DNA of 64,000 nucleotides from Methanomassiliicoccaceae archaeon (GTDB taxonomy: Archaea > Thermoplasmatota > Thermoplasmata > Methanomassiliicoccales > Methanomassiliicoccaceae), in NCBI GenBank assembly GCA_040776945.1, contig JAXGZN010000002.1, positions 224,001 to 288,000 on the forward strand, given 5' to 3'. Below the pieces are notes generated by a model. It saw only the letters and a list, made by a program, of their open reading frames with translations, was not told the origin of the DNA and ran no database searches. Made by a program: the position numbers and the translations under genes. Positions 51,754 to 61,327 of the stretch are shown here, piece by piece (the stretch's first letter is position 1; every line of letters starts with the position of its first letter).

Positions 51754-53244
51754 TCACTTCGCGTTGGAAGGCGGGAGGTCCTCCGCCCTGACCTCGCAGC
51801 GGTCCTCGGCCCTCGGCCGGAGGACCAGCGCCGCCGCCAGGCCCACGAGCGCGAAGGCGAACCCGACCCACCAGGCGGTCACATAACCGTCCACGGCGTA
51901 GAGGTAGATGACCTTGGGGCCGACGTGGAAGGCGACCATGTTGGCGGAGAGGATGACCGCGGCCAGCACCGGGCCGATGGAGCCCCCGACGATCCGGAAC
52001 AGGGTGTTCATGCCCGAGGCGACGCCGAACTCGCTCTGGGGACAGGACTCCACCACCACGTTGATCATGGAGACCATGCACAACGCCACTCCGGAGCCGA
52101 AGATGACCATGGAGACGGTCAGCTGCCAGAAGTCCGCGTTGAGGAACACCAGGGAGAGGAAACCAGCGGTCATGATCCCCATTCCCAATGCCAGGACGTT
52201 GGACGCCCCCATCTTCCTGGACAGCGACCCGCCGAAGGGGCCGATGAACAGCTGGACGACGGCGCTGGGCAGCATGTAAAGTCCGACGGTGAAGGTGTCG
52301 GCGAGGCCGAAACGACCGCCGACCGCCGCAGGCGTCTCCAGGAAGTACGGAAGGGTCTGGTAGACCATGAACATGCAAATTCCGACGAACAGCGCGACGA
52401 CGTTCCCTCCGAGGACCCCGCGGTTCGCGAGCAGCGACGGGCGTACGATGGGGTCCCCGCTCCTCAGCTCTATGGCTATGAACGCGGCGATGGCCGCGGC
52501 GAAGGTGGCGAACAGCGCCAGAGTGGCGGGATCCCCCCACCCCCAACTCTCGCCCTGGGTCAGCGCGAGGAGCAGCGCGGTCACGCTGGCGCCCAGGGTG
52601 AACGCCCCGGGAAGGTCCAGCCTGCCCCCGTGCACTATGCGGGTGTCCGGGACGAGGTAGGAGGCGGCGACGGTGAGGACGAAGAAGAACGGCAGCACCA
52701 CATGGAAAGCGTCGCTCCACCTGGCCACCGAGGTGATGTAGCCGCCGATGACCAGGCCCACGGCCACGCCGACCGAGAACATGGCCGAGATCATGCCGAT
52801 GGCCACCGGTATCTTGTCACGGGGAAAGGTGTCCCGGACGATGCCGAAGGACAGCGTGAACATGCCCATGCCCACGCCCTGAAGGGCGCGGAAGAACAGC
52901 AGCACGGAGATGTCGGCCCTTCCGAACAGCGCGGTGGAGATGTCGATGGAGAACCCGCTGCCCAGCAGGGCGACCAGGTAGACGGACATCACGTAGATGA
53001 GGACCCTCTTCTTTCCGTAGATGTCCCCCAGTTTGCCCGCTAGCGGCGTCGCGACCGCCCCTACAAGCATGTATATTGAGAGCACCCAGGGGAGCCATGA
53101 GGTCTGCGTCGGAAAGTCCTGGGCCATGGTCGGCAGGGCGGGCACGATCATGATCTCCACGAACATCGTTATCAGCGCCATGCTGGCAAGAACGATCAGC
53201 ATCGCTGCGTTGTGGCCCCTATCGGCCTTGTCCGGGCTCCTCAT
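51754..53244 (-). CDS. MFS transporter (DHA2-like, 14 TM)
   Basis: GKLGDIYGKK motif A, RALQG, WGW, R.VGGSIG. Confidence 0.9.
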   Translation of the reverse strand: MRSPDKADRGHNAAMLIVLASMALITMFVEIMIVPALPTMAQDFPTQTSWLPWVLSIYMLVGAVATPLAGKLGDIYGKKRVLIYVMSVYLVALLGSGFSIDISTALFGRADISVLLFFRALQGVGMGMFTLSFGIVRDTFPRDKIPVAIGMISAMFSVGVAVGLVIGGYITSVARWSDAFHVVLPFFFVLTVAASYLVPDTRIVHGGRLDLPGAFTLGASVTALLLALTQGESWGWGDPATLALFATFAAAIAAFIAIELRSGDPIVRPSLLANRGVLGGNVVALFVGICMFMVYQTLPYFLETPAAVGGRFGLADTFTVGLYMLPSAVVQLFIGPFGGSLSRKMGASNVLALGMGIMTAGFLSLVFLNADFWQLTVSMVIFGSGVALCMVSMINVVVESCPQSEFGVASGMNTLFRIVGGSIGPVLAAVILSANMVAFHVGPKVIYLYAVDGYVTAWWVGFAFALVGLAAALVLRPRAEDRCEVRAEDLPPSNAK

Positions 53245-53474
53245 ATGTCGAATCGCGACATATTTGCCACTATAAAGGGGCTCTCCCAGGATTCCACCCG
53301 GCGAACACGATCGGCGCGCATCCCGCCGGCCGCCTGGAGGACGCATTTCGGGCCGGTAGCGGAGACGATCATGGAAGGCGGTCTTCGCGGGAGGACATCG
53401 GATGTCTCGCCATCCTCTTCCCGCCGGCCGTTCAGGGCAATCTTATAACCTTCCTAAGACAATCGTTCATCTCG

Positions 53475-54389
53475 ATGAAGCTGCTGATCATCGGCGGGAC
53501 CGGCCTGCTCGGCCAGTACCTCGTGCTCGAGGCCTCCCAGCGCGGGATGGACGTCATAGCGACCTACCACGATAACGATGCCAAGATAGGCACCAGGACC
53601 CTCGTACACATGGATGTGAGGGACGAGGCCGAGGTCAACGAGGTCGTCCGTTCATCTGCGCCGCAGGCGGTCGTCCACGCCGCCGGGATCACCGACCTGG
53701 ACCGTTGCGAGAACAACCCGCAGGAGGCTTGGGAGGTGAACGCCGAGGGCACGTACAACGTGGCGTCGGCCTGCAAGAGGGCCGGCATCCCCCTGATGTA
53801 CATCTCCACCGACGCGGTCTTCAACGGCCAGAAGGGAGAGAGGTACTACGAGTTCGATACCCCCGACCCCCCGGGCATCTACGCGCAGACCAAGCTGGAG
53901 GCCGAGCGCCTCACGCTGGACGCGGACCACCGCAACACCGTGGCCAGGATATCGCTCCTCTACGGTTGGAACCGCCTCTCGGAGAAGCGCACATTCGTCA
54001 CCTGGCTCATCGATGAGCTGCGCGCCGGGCATACGGTGGAGCTGTTCACCGACCGCCGCACCACGCCCACCTACGCCCCCAACTGTGCCCATGTGCTGCT
54101 GAGGATGGTCCTGGGCGGGAGCAGGGGAGTGTACCATGTGGCGGGAGCGGACTGCATGGACCGCTACGAGATGGGGATGGCCATAGCCAACGTGTTCGAC
54201 CTGAGATGCTCCCTGTGCAAGCATGGGAGCATGCGCAGCGCGAACTTCCCGGCGAGGCGGGGAGCGAACCTATGCCTTTCGTCGCAGAAGGCGGAGGCCG
54301 AGTTCGATCTCCGCACGATGGGCTTCCGCGACGGCCTCAAGGCCATGCGCTCCACCGAGCCTGGGAGCGAGCCGGACCCCGATTGGTGA
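53475..54389 (+). CDS. dTDP-4-dehydrorhamnose reductase-like SDR
   Basis: GGTGLLG, YISTDAVF, YAQTK, PTYA. Confidence 0.88.
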   Translation: MKLLIIGGTGLLGQYLVLEASQRGMDVIATYHDNDAKIGTRTLVHMDVRDEAEVNEVVRSSAPQAVVHAAGITDLDRCENNPQEAWEVNAEGTYNVASACKRAGIPLMYISTDAVFNGQKGERYYEFDTPDPPGIYAQTKLEAERLTLDADHRNTVARISLLYGWNRLSEKRTFVTWLIDELRAGHTVELFTDRRTTPTYAPNCAHVLLRMVLGGSRGVYHVAGADCMDRYEMGMAIANVFDLRCSLCKHGSMRSANFPARRGANLCLSSQKAEAEFDLRTMGFRDGLKAMRSTEPGSEPDPDW

Positions 54390-54450
54390 TCCCCGGCTCA
54401 GGGAAAATGATATTATATCAATTATCCGCTCATAAGCGAGAGGCATTTTT

Positions 54451-55029
54451 ATGAGCAAGACCGCAGAAAACTTAGCCAAGGCCTTCCTGGGAGAGAGCCA
54501 GGCCCGCAACCGCTACTCCATGTTCGCCTCGGTGGCGAGGAAGGAGGGCTACGAGCAGATCGCTGAGATCTTCCAGCTCACGGCCGACCAGGAGAAGGAG
54601 CACGCCAAGCAGCTGTACGTGTACCTGAACGGCATGAGGGCCCGGGGCGACTTCGTCGAGCTCAAGGTGGAGGCCGAGGTCCCCGTGGTGTACGGCACCA
54701 CCGCCGAGAACCTACGGGCGGCCATCGCCGGGGAGAACTACGAGCACACCTCCATGTACCCCGAGTTCGCCGCCGTGGCTGACGAAGAGGGCTTCAGCGA
54801 CATCGCCTTCCGCATGAGGGCCATAAGCAAGGCCGAGGAGCACCACGAGGAAAGGTACATCAAGCTGCTGAAGCAGGTGGAGGCCGGCACGGTGTTCAAG
54901 AAAGGGGAGCCGATCTGGTGGACCTGCCGGGAGTGCGGGTACATCCACTACGGCACCGAGGCTCCGGCCAAGTGCCCTTCCTGCGATCATCCCCAGTCGT
55001 TCTACGAGCGGAAATATGAGGAGTACTAG
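54451..55029 (+). CDS. rbr: Rubrerythrin
   Basis: [27 protein letters not shown]...CPSCDH. Confidence 0.95.
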   Translation: MSKTAENLAKAFLGESQARNRYSMFASVARKEGYEQIAEIFQLTADQEKEHAKQLYVYLNGMRARGDFVELKVEAEVPVVYGTTAENLRAAIAGENYEHTSMYPEFAAVADEEGFSDIAFRMRAISKAEEHHEERYIKLLKQVEAGTVFKKGEPIWWTCRECGYIHYGTEAPAKCPSCDHPQSFYERKYEEY

Positions 55030-55040
55030 GAGTGAGAACA

Positions 55041-55433
55041 ATGACATTGGTCAACGAGGTCTATAAGTGCATGGTCTGCGGCAACGTGGTCGAAGTGCTC
55101 CACAGCGGGCCAGGCCAGCTGGTATGCTGCGGAAAGCCGATGGAGAACATGAAGGCCAATACTGTGGACGCGTCCAAGGAGAAGCATGTCCCGGTGGTGG
55201 AGAGGATCGACGGCGGCATCAAGGTGACCGTGGGCTCGGTGGCGCATCCCATGGAGGAGAAGCACTATATCGAGTGGATCGAGGTGGTGGCCGACGGAAA
55301 GGTGTACCGGGAGAACCTAAGGCCGGGAATGGCGCCTCAGGCGGTCTTCCGCATCGAGCCCAAGGTGTTCCATGTACGGGAGTACTGCAACATCCACGGC
55401 CTGTGGCGGTGGGACCCCCCTCACAGCGGATGA
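55041..55433 (+). CDS. dfx: Desulfoferrodoxin (2Fe superoxide reductase)
   Basis: [19 protein letters not shown]...HYI, CNIHG. Confidence 0.95.
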   Translation: MTLVNEVYKCMVCGNVVEVLHSGPGQLVCCGKPMENMKANTVDASKEKHVPVVERIDGGIKVTVGSVAHPMEEKHYIEWIEVVADGKVYRENLRPGMAPQAVFRIEPKVFHVREYCNIHGLWRWDPPHSG

Positions 55434-55435
55434 AC

Positions 55436-55460
55436 CGGGCCCCGGCCCGCTTTTTTTCTT
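55436..55460 (+). terminator. Putative terminator after dfx
   Basis: cgggcc/ggcccg stem followed by T7. Confidence 0.55.
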
Positions 55461-55667
55461 CACGAACGGGCCGCCGATCGCGCCAGGGCGCATCATGAAC
55501 GTGCCTGGGCGGTCCGCGGCCCGGGCCGGTGCCCTCGAAGGCGGACCGCCCGCCCAGCGGGCGCTCCCCTCCGGCCGTTCGGCGGCGTTCCTTCGGCGCC
55601 TTCGTTCCATTAAGGGCCAGGCTTTTTAATAGGTCCCTGCATCTAAATCAGCAAGTTCCGGACGTCG

Positions 55668-56822
55668 ATGCTTATGGATACCAAGGCCCCCCGTATTGGA
55701 GTTTTCTTCTGCGACTGCGGCGAGACCATAAAAGACCTTATCGATTACGATGAGCTGAAGGACTTCGCGAGATCGCTGGACGGGGTCGAGCACATCAGCC
55801 AGCATGGCCTGCTCTGCTCACCCCAGTCCCTGAAGGACGTGGCCAGCGAGATAAAGGCCCACGGACTGGACCGCGCGGTGATAGCCGCCTGCTCGCCCCG
55901 CATCTACCTCGACGAGTTCAGGGAGGCGGCCCGCCGAGGGGGCATCAACCCCTACATGGTGGAGCAGACCAACCTCCGCGAGCAGGTTGCGTGGATACAT
56001 TCCAAGGACGTCAAGGCCGCGACGGAGAAGGCCAAGGACCAGCTGCTGATGTCCATCGAGCGGTCCAGGAGGATGAGGCCGTCGGAGTTCGGCCCGGCGG
56101 CGGTCGTGAACACCGACCAGTGCTCCGGCTGCGGCGTCTGCGCCACAACCTGCCGCGCCGGAGCGATCACGTTCAAGGTGATCGAGGGCGGACACCGAGT
56201 GGCCGAGGTGGACCGAAGCGAGTGCAAGGCCTGCGGCGCCTGCGTTGCCGCCTGCCCCTCCGGGGCGATGAACCTCGAGGGCTTCACCAATGAGGAGATA
56301 ATCGCCGAGATCGACGCCTTCACCGAAGGCTTCCTCGAGTCCAAGGAACCGTTCCCTGCCGTCCTGGTGTTCGCCTGCCACTGGTGCTCCTATCCCGCGG
56401 CGGACCTCGCCGGGCTGAAGCGGCTCCAGCAGAGCCCGAGCTTCAGGATGATCCGCACTCCCTGCTCGGCGCGCGTGGACCCTGAATGGATCATGCACGC
56501 CCTGTCCCGGGGCGTCGACGGCGTGATGGTCCTCGGCGGAAAGGAGGGCGCGTGCCACTACCAGGGAGGGAACGTGAAGACCAGGAACCGCATGGCCCTG
56601 CTGCTCAAGGTCATCGAGCAGCTGGGATTCGATCCCCGGCGCGTCCGGATCGAATGGGTCAATTCGGACGAGCCGTACCGCTTCCGCAACACCGTGGACG
56701 ACTTCGTGGCCAATGTCCGCGAGCTTGGTCCGAACCCCTCCCGGGCACCGGCGGAGGAGGACAGAATGACCTCCGCGCTGTACCACGGGCGGGACGAGCT
56801 GGCGCACCCGTCGTACCGCTGA
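55668..56822 (+). CDS. HdrA N-terminal domain + 2[4Fe-4S] ferredoxin + MvhD/FlpD fusion
   Basis: IGVFFCDCG, AACSPR, NPY..NLREQ; two CxxCxxCxxxC; FACHWCSY, CSARVD, CHY. Confidence 0.87.
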   Translation: MLMDTKAPRIGVFFCDCGETIKDLIDYDELKDFARSLDGVEHISQHGLLCSPQSLKDVASEIKAHGLDRAVIAACSPRIYLDEFREAARRGGINPYMVEQTNLREQVAWIHSKDVKAATEKAKDQLLMSIERSRRMRPSEFGPAAVVNTDQCSGCGVCATTCRAGAITFKVIEGGHRVAEVDRSECKACGACVAACPSGAMNLEGFTNEEIIAEIDAFTEGFLESKEPFPAVLVFACHWCSYPAADLAGLKRLQQSPSFRMIRTPCSARVDPEWIMHALSRGVDGVMVLGGKEGACHYQGGNVKTRNRMALLLKVIEQLGFDPRRVRIEWVNSDEPYRFRNTVDDFVANVRELGPNPSRAPAEEDRMTSALYHGRDELAHPSYR

Positions 56823-56899
56823 ACGGCCGCCGTCCGAAACCCCTTCCGACATTTTATCGTCCACAGGAGGCGCGTCCGTCCCTCCAAGGCATTGGATTT

Positions 56900-57238
56900 A
56901 TGTGGCCCCCGCTCCCAATGGAGCAACGAGGCATGAGAATGCAAGGACCACAGAGCGGAAGACGCCGCCGCAAGTACGGGCCCATGACCCCCTGGTGGCC
57001 CCCATGGTACGACCCCCGGTACGGGGCTCCCCCCGACGTGCTCTACCCTGGAATGAATCCCTGGAACCCCTTCGCCCCGGCGATGCCCCACCGCCTTGAG
57101 GATGAGATCACTTGGCTCGAGGAACGGCTGGAGGACCTGGAGGACGAGAAGGTGGAGATCGAGCGGGCCATCGAGGACGTGAAGAAGGAGATCGAGCGGA
57201 AGAAGCGGGACATCAAGGAGCAGGCGGACGTGCGATGA
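56900..57238 (+). CDS. Small Pro/Trp-rich protein with C-terminal coiled coil (DUF5320-like)
   Basis: GPMT, Pro-rich tract, heptad LEERLEDLEDEK; start uncertain (56900-56939). Confidence 0.65.
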   Translation: MWPPLPMEQRGMRMQGPQSGRRRRKYGPMTPWWPPWYDPRYGAPPDVLYPGMNPWNPFAPAMPHRLEDEITWLEERLEDLEDEKVEIERAIEDVKKEIERKKRDIKEQADVR

Positions 57239-57322
57239 CCGAAGCGAAGCAGGGGAACGGCGGGGCCGCCGCCTATCGGAGCGGTCGGAACTAGAGAAGT
57301 AAGAAAGGAAAGGGGAAAAGGT

Positions 57323-58849
57323 TTATTCTTCTGGTTCGGCCCGCCTCTGCTCCGTCTTGGAGTTCGCAGCGCTCCCCTCCCCCATCATGGAGACGCCCAT
57401 GGTGACGGCGAACCCGAGGGGGATGGACACGATGCCCGGGTTGTTCAGCGAGAACAGGGCGTCGGGACCCATCATGGTCGGGGATATCACGATGAGCACT
57501 ATGGAGGATATCAGCCCGGCCAGGATGCCGTAGATGAGGCCGTTCTCGGTGGTGCGCTTCCAGAACAGCGTGCACATCAGCGCCGGCAGGTTCGCGGAGG
57601 CAGCGATGGCGAACGCCAGGCCGACCAGGAAGGCCACGTTCTGTCCCTTGGACAGGATCCCCAGCACGATGGCTATGAGCCCCACTCCGATGGCGGTGCC
57701 CTTGGAGATGAGCAGCGAGCGCTTCTCGGACGACTTGTGGCCGAGCACCTCGGCGTAGATGTCGTGCGCGATCGCTCCGGCCGACGCCATGATCAGACCG
57801 GAGACGGTCCCCAGGATGGTGGCGAAGGCGATGGAGGATATGACCGCGTAGAACACGTCCCCTCCGATGTACTGCGCCAGCAGCGGGGCCGTCAGGTTCG
57901 CGTCCGCCGGGTTCAGCGCCCCCGTTATTCCCTGGTTGAAGAAGTAGATCGCTCCCAGGCCAAGGAACAGGATGAGCAGGTAGAATATGCCCATCACGAT
58001 GATGGCGATGACCGTGGACTTGCGGGCGTCCGCCGGCTTGGGCACGGTGAAGTACCGTATGAGGATGTGCGGCAGCGCTGCCGTTCCAAGTATGAGGGCC
58101 ATGGCCAGGGAGACGAAGTCCAGGGGGTCCTTGTACTTCATGCCCGGGGCCATGAACGTCTCGCCCGGCACGGTGGCGCCGCTGGGCAGGGTGATGTTGC
58201 TGCTGATGATGTTGCCGATGAACTCGAACGGCCCCATCCCCGCGGCGACCAGCACTCCGACCGTGAGCGCGATGACCGCGATCAGGAGCATGAATCCCTT
58301 GATGAACTGGACCCAGGTCGTGCTGACCATTCCGGCCGTGGCGACGATGAAGACGACCAGGAGGCCGATGACCACCACTCCGATCTCGTAGTCAAGGCCG
58401 ATGAGCGGACCGACGATCGACCCGGAGCCGACCATCTGCGGTATCAGGTAGAACACGCTGACCACAAGGGTGGATATCGCTGCCGCCAGCCGAATCTTGC
58501 GGCTCTTGAACTTCGAGGTCAGGGCGTCGGCGAAGGTGAACTTGCCGATGGCCCGGAGAGGCTCAGCGATGAGGAACAGCGCGACTATCCAGCCGGCCAG
58601 GAAGCCTATGGCGTAGATGAACCCGTCATATCCGGCAAAGGCCACCAGGCCGGTGATCCCCAGGAACGACGCTGCGCTGAGGTAGTCCCCGGCGATGGCG
58701 AACCCGTTGACGAACCATCTGACGCCTCCTCCGGCAACGTAGTAGTGCCCCGCGGTGCGGACCCGCCGGCCGGCGTAGATCGAAATGGCCAGCGTCAGCA
58801 GGGTGATGGCGATGAAGATCGCCAGCGAGAGAGGGTGTATCTCGGCCAT
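57323..58849 (-). CDS. actP: Cation/acetate symporter ActP-like (SSS family)
   Basis: NGFAIAGDYLSAASFLG, TTWVQ, GTAALPH, NPGIVSIP. Confidence 0.9.
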   Translation of the reverse strand: MAEIHPLSLAIFIAITLLTLAISIYAGRRVRTAGHYYVAGGGVRWFVNGFAIAGDYLSAASFLGITGLVAFAGYDGFIYAIGFLAGWIVALFLIAEPLRAIGKFTFADALTSKFKSRKIRLAAAISTLVVSVFYLIPQMVGSGSIVGPLIGLDYEIGVVVIGLLVVFIVATAGMVSTTWVQFIKGFMLLIAVIALTVGVLVAAGMGPFEFIGNIISSNITLPSGATVPGETFMAPGMKYKDPLDFVSLAMALILGTAALPHILIRYFTVPKPADARKSTVIAIIVMGIFYLLILFLGLGAIYFFNQGITGALNPADANLTAPLLAQYIGGDVFYAVISSIAFATILGTVSGLIMASAGAIAHDIYAEVLGHKSSEKRSLLISKGTAIGVGLIAIVLGILSKGQNVAFLVGLAFAIAASANLPALMCTLFWKRTTENGLIYGILAGLISSIVLIVISPTMMGPDALFSLNNPGIVSIPLGFAVTMGVSMMGEGSAANSKTEQRRAEPEE

Positions 58850-58850
58850 G

Positions 58851-59567
58851 TCAGCTCGCCTCCTCGGTCCTTCCAGCGTACCAGTTGAAGCCTATGGCCA
58901 GGCCTATGGTCGCTAAGATCAGCACGATCCCGGAAACGGTCCCGACGTTCATGCCCAGCATCGCGGCCTTGAACATGTCCTTGGCGTACGAGCCGGCGAG
59001 GATGAACGCCGCGTAGCCTATGACATAGGCGGCGAAGAGGTACACCCCGATGCGGAACTGCTTCGTCCTGGTGATCGTGCGCACGGCCTTGGCCGGCGTC
59101 TCGGCGATGACCTCCTTGACCATGGAGAGAGCGTTCTTTATCTCTTCGGCGGAAGGCTTGATGACGACCACCGAGGTCGAGGACTGGCCGACAACGGTCT
59201 TGGCCACGCTTCCGAGGTACAGCCGGTTAAGCCCGCGCAGCGATGATGTGCCGAGCACGATAAGCTCGGAGCCCTCCTCGTTCGCGGTCCGTATGATCTC
59301 ACCTGCGACCGAGCCCTCCCTGATGATCACCTTGGTCGGCACCTTGTTCTCGGCCGCCAGCTCCTGGGCGTACTGGACCCCGTCCTGGAACTCCGGCCTC
59401 ATAAGGGCCGAGGACTCGGCCAGGCGCTCGATGCCAACCATCGGCGCCTGCTCCTCGACCCTAAGTATCACGAGCATGGCGCCTCGTTGCTTTGCCATCT
59501 CCACGGCCTTGACTGTGGCGACCAGAGCCGGGGTGGAACCGTCGGTGGGAAGCAAGATGTTCTTCAT
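58851..59567 (-). CDS. Universal stress protein domain fused to DUF485 (YjcH-like) 2-TM domain
   Basis: ILLPTDGS, LIVLG...G.....GSVA; C-terminal 2 TMs typical of ActP partner. Confidence 0.8.
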   Translation of the reverse strand: MKNILLPTDGSTPALVATVKAVEMAKQRGAMLVILRVEEQAPMVGIERLAESSALMRPEFQDGVQYAQELAAENKVPTKVIIREGSVAGEIIRTANEEGSELIVLGTSSLRGLNRLYLGSVAKTVVGQSSTSVVVIKPSAEEIKNALSMVKEVIAETPAKAVRTITRTKQFRIGVYLFAAYVIGYAAFILAGSYAKDMFKAAMLGMNVGTVSGIVLILATIGLAIGFNWYAGRTEEAS

Positions 59568-60136
59568 GGTCCGTTCACCTCGTCGATCGTCATGCATGCA
59601 CATGTGGAAATCCGTCCCGGAAAAGTCGCGGGGCATTTCTGCTCCCCCCGGGCACCGTTCCCTAAGCAGGCGGTTTGTCGCCCCATGGTGTGTCCGATTG
59701 AAAGAATCATATATAAAAAAGTACCAAGGCCATTACGATATTTGTCGATAAAATACGATTCACTTACGATTCTCGAAATGCGCGCAATAAATACGGATTT
59801 CTACGAAATTGGAGATTTGTTATTCAAATGTCGGGCGTAAACTACGGCAGGCGTCGTCACGACCCGCTCCCCCCGGCATCGCCCCTCGGCGCATCTGGCG
59901 CGCCTCGCATGAGCTGTTCCGCCGTTCCCGCGCATCGCAGGGCGGCCCGCGCTTCCAACCATTGCTCCGCCGATGATGGACCGTCGACCTTTAATTATCA
60001 TCGGAATCATCTCTCCCGCCGAGCCGACGGTCCCTGCCGGATCTGGCGCCTATGATGGTCTGGACAGGAAAATATCTGGCAAGATAACATTGAAATATCT
60101 TGCCTTCACAAATGCCAGTTTGCAGAAGGGACGCGC

Positions 60137-60706
60137 ATGACTTCAACACAAGAGGAGCTTAGGCATAGCGTTAATGGGGTGGACGTGAAAAAAATGATGG
60201 AACTCGTTAGGGCGGTGAACGACGACCCGGACAAGGCCTCCTTCACTTTCCATGCGGTCAACGAGTGGATCGACGGTACCCGCAACCAGACCTTGGTTCA
60301 TCGGCTCACCGGGGCCAACGAGGTCGTGGAGAGGGAACGGCCGTTCGTCATAAAGTCGGACGAACCGTCCGTTCTGCTCGGCGAGGACACCGCGCCGAAC
60401 TCGGTGGTGTCCCTGCTCCACTCCCTGGCCTCCTGCCTTTCGGTCACCATCATCTTCAACGCGGCGTCGCGCGGCATGGTGATCGACAAGCTGAGCATCA
60501 CCATGGAGGGGGACCTGGACCTTCACGGCTTCCTCGGGCTCTCCAAGGAGGTGAGACCTGGCTTCCAGGACGTGAGGGTCACAGTGGAACTCCGCTCTGA
60601 GTCGCCGCGCCATGAGATCGAGGCCCTGGTGCGGGACTCGCAGAAGAGGTCCCCCATCCTGGACTCGCTGCGTAACCGGATACCGGTCGAGATCGAGCTG
60701 GCCTGA
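60137..60706 (+). CDS. OsmC-family protein
   Basis: NGVDV, DEP..LLGEDTAPN, LASC, EGDLDL.GFLG, SP. Confidence 0.87.
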   Translation: MTSTQEELRHSVNGVDVKKMMELVRAVNDDPDKASFTFHAVNEWIDGTRNQTLVHRLTGANEVVERERPFVIKSDEPSVLLGEDTAPNSVVSLLHSLASCLSVTIIFNAASRGMVIDKLSITMEGDLDLHGFLGLSKEVRPGFQDVRVTVELRSESPRHEIEALVRDSQKRSPILDSLRNRIPVEIELA

Positions 60707-61075
60707 TCACTCCGGCGGGGAGGTCTTGGCCGGGGTCTTCGAGGTCTGACAAGCGTCACCGTACTTCTTCATGTAGCGCTTGATGGACGCCTCCACGGTC
60801 CCGTCCTCGTCCTGGATGATCCTTATGTTCCTTGAGCTCAGCTTCTTGACGCCGTGCACCCCGACATAGCCGGTGAGGACGACGTCCGCCTCCAGGGATA
60901 TGACCTGCTCGGCGGCCACTATGCCCGCTCCCTCGGTCGCTACCCCTGCCTTGTTGGAGTGCGCTTCCCAGGACTTGGTGTCCGTATCGTATATGATGAA
61001 GAACGGGGCATGCCCGAACTCTTCCGCGATCAGCGAGTGGATGTCCGGCTCTTCGGCGGTGATGCACAGCTTCAT
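60707..61075 (-). CDS. NifB/NifX-family (FeMo-co-binding-like) protein
   Basis: FGHAPFFIIYD, GAGI, VVLTG..G. Confidence 0.85.
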   Translation of the reverse strand: MKLCITAEEPDIHSLIAEEFGHAPFFIIYDTDTKSWEAHSNKAGVATEGAGIVAAEQVISLEADVVLTGYVGVHGVKKLSSRNIRIIQDEDGTVEASIKRYMKKYGDACQTSKTPAKTSPPE

Positions 61076-61327
61076 TTGGCTTCCTCGCTCCCATATTCTA
61101 AGCTCGCCCTGATAAATCCATTGCGGCCTCCCCCCGGCCTCAAGGCCTATTATCAAGCGATGAAATACCTAAGGCCACCGGTCCGCCCGCCCCCGCCGGC
61201 CTTCCCAGCATTGCGCTCCGTCCCATCATCGAGAGGCGCCTTCACCTCGTCCAGCCCGTCATTAGCACAGTATCATAATGAATAATCTCGATATAAGGAT
61301 TATAATCAGCGGATTTGATTTTCGCTC

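Noticed and set aside
55465-55610. GC-rich intergenic hairpins as MITE/REP or ncRNA
   Set aside because: Very high GC makes pairing likely by chance; no second copy seen in the window
56486-56899. 5' part of the 250-aa ORF overlapping the HdrA-MvhD gene
   Set aside because: Out-of-frame overlap; only the 3' part from ~56900 looks coding
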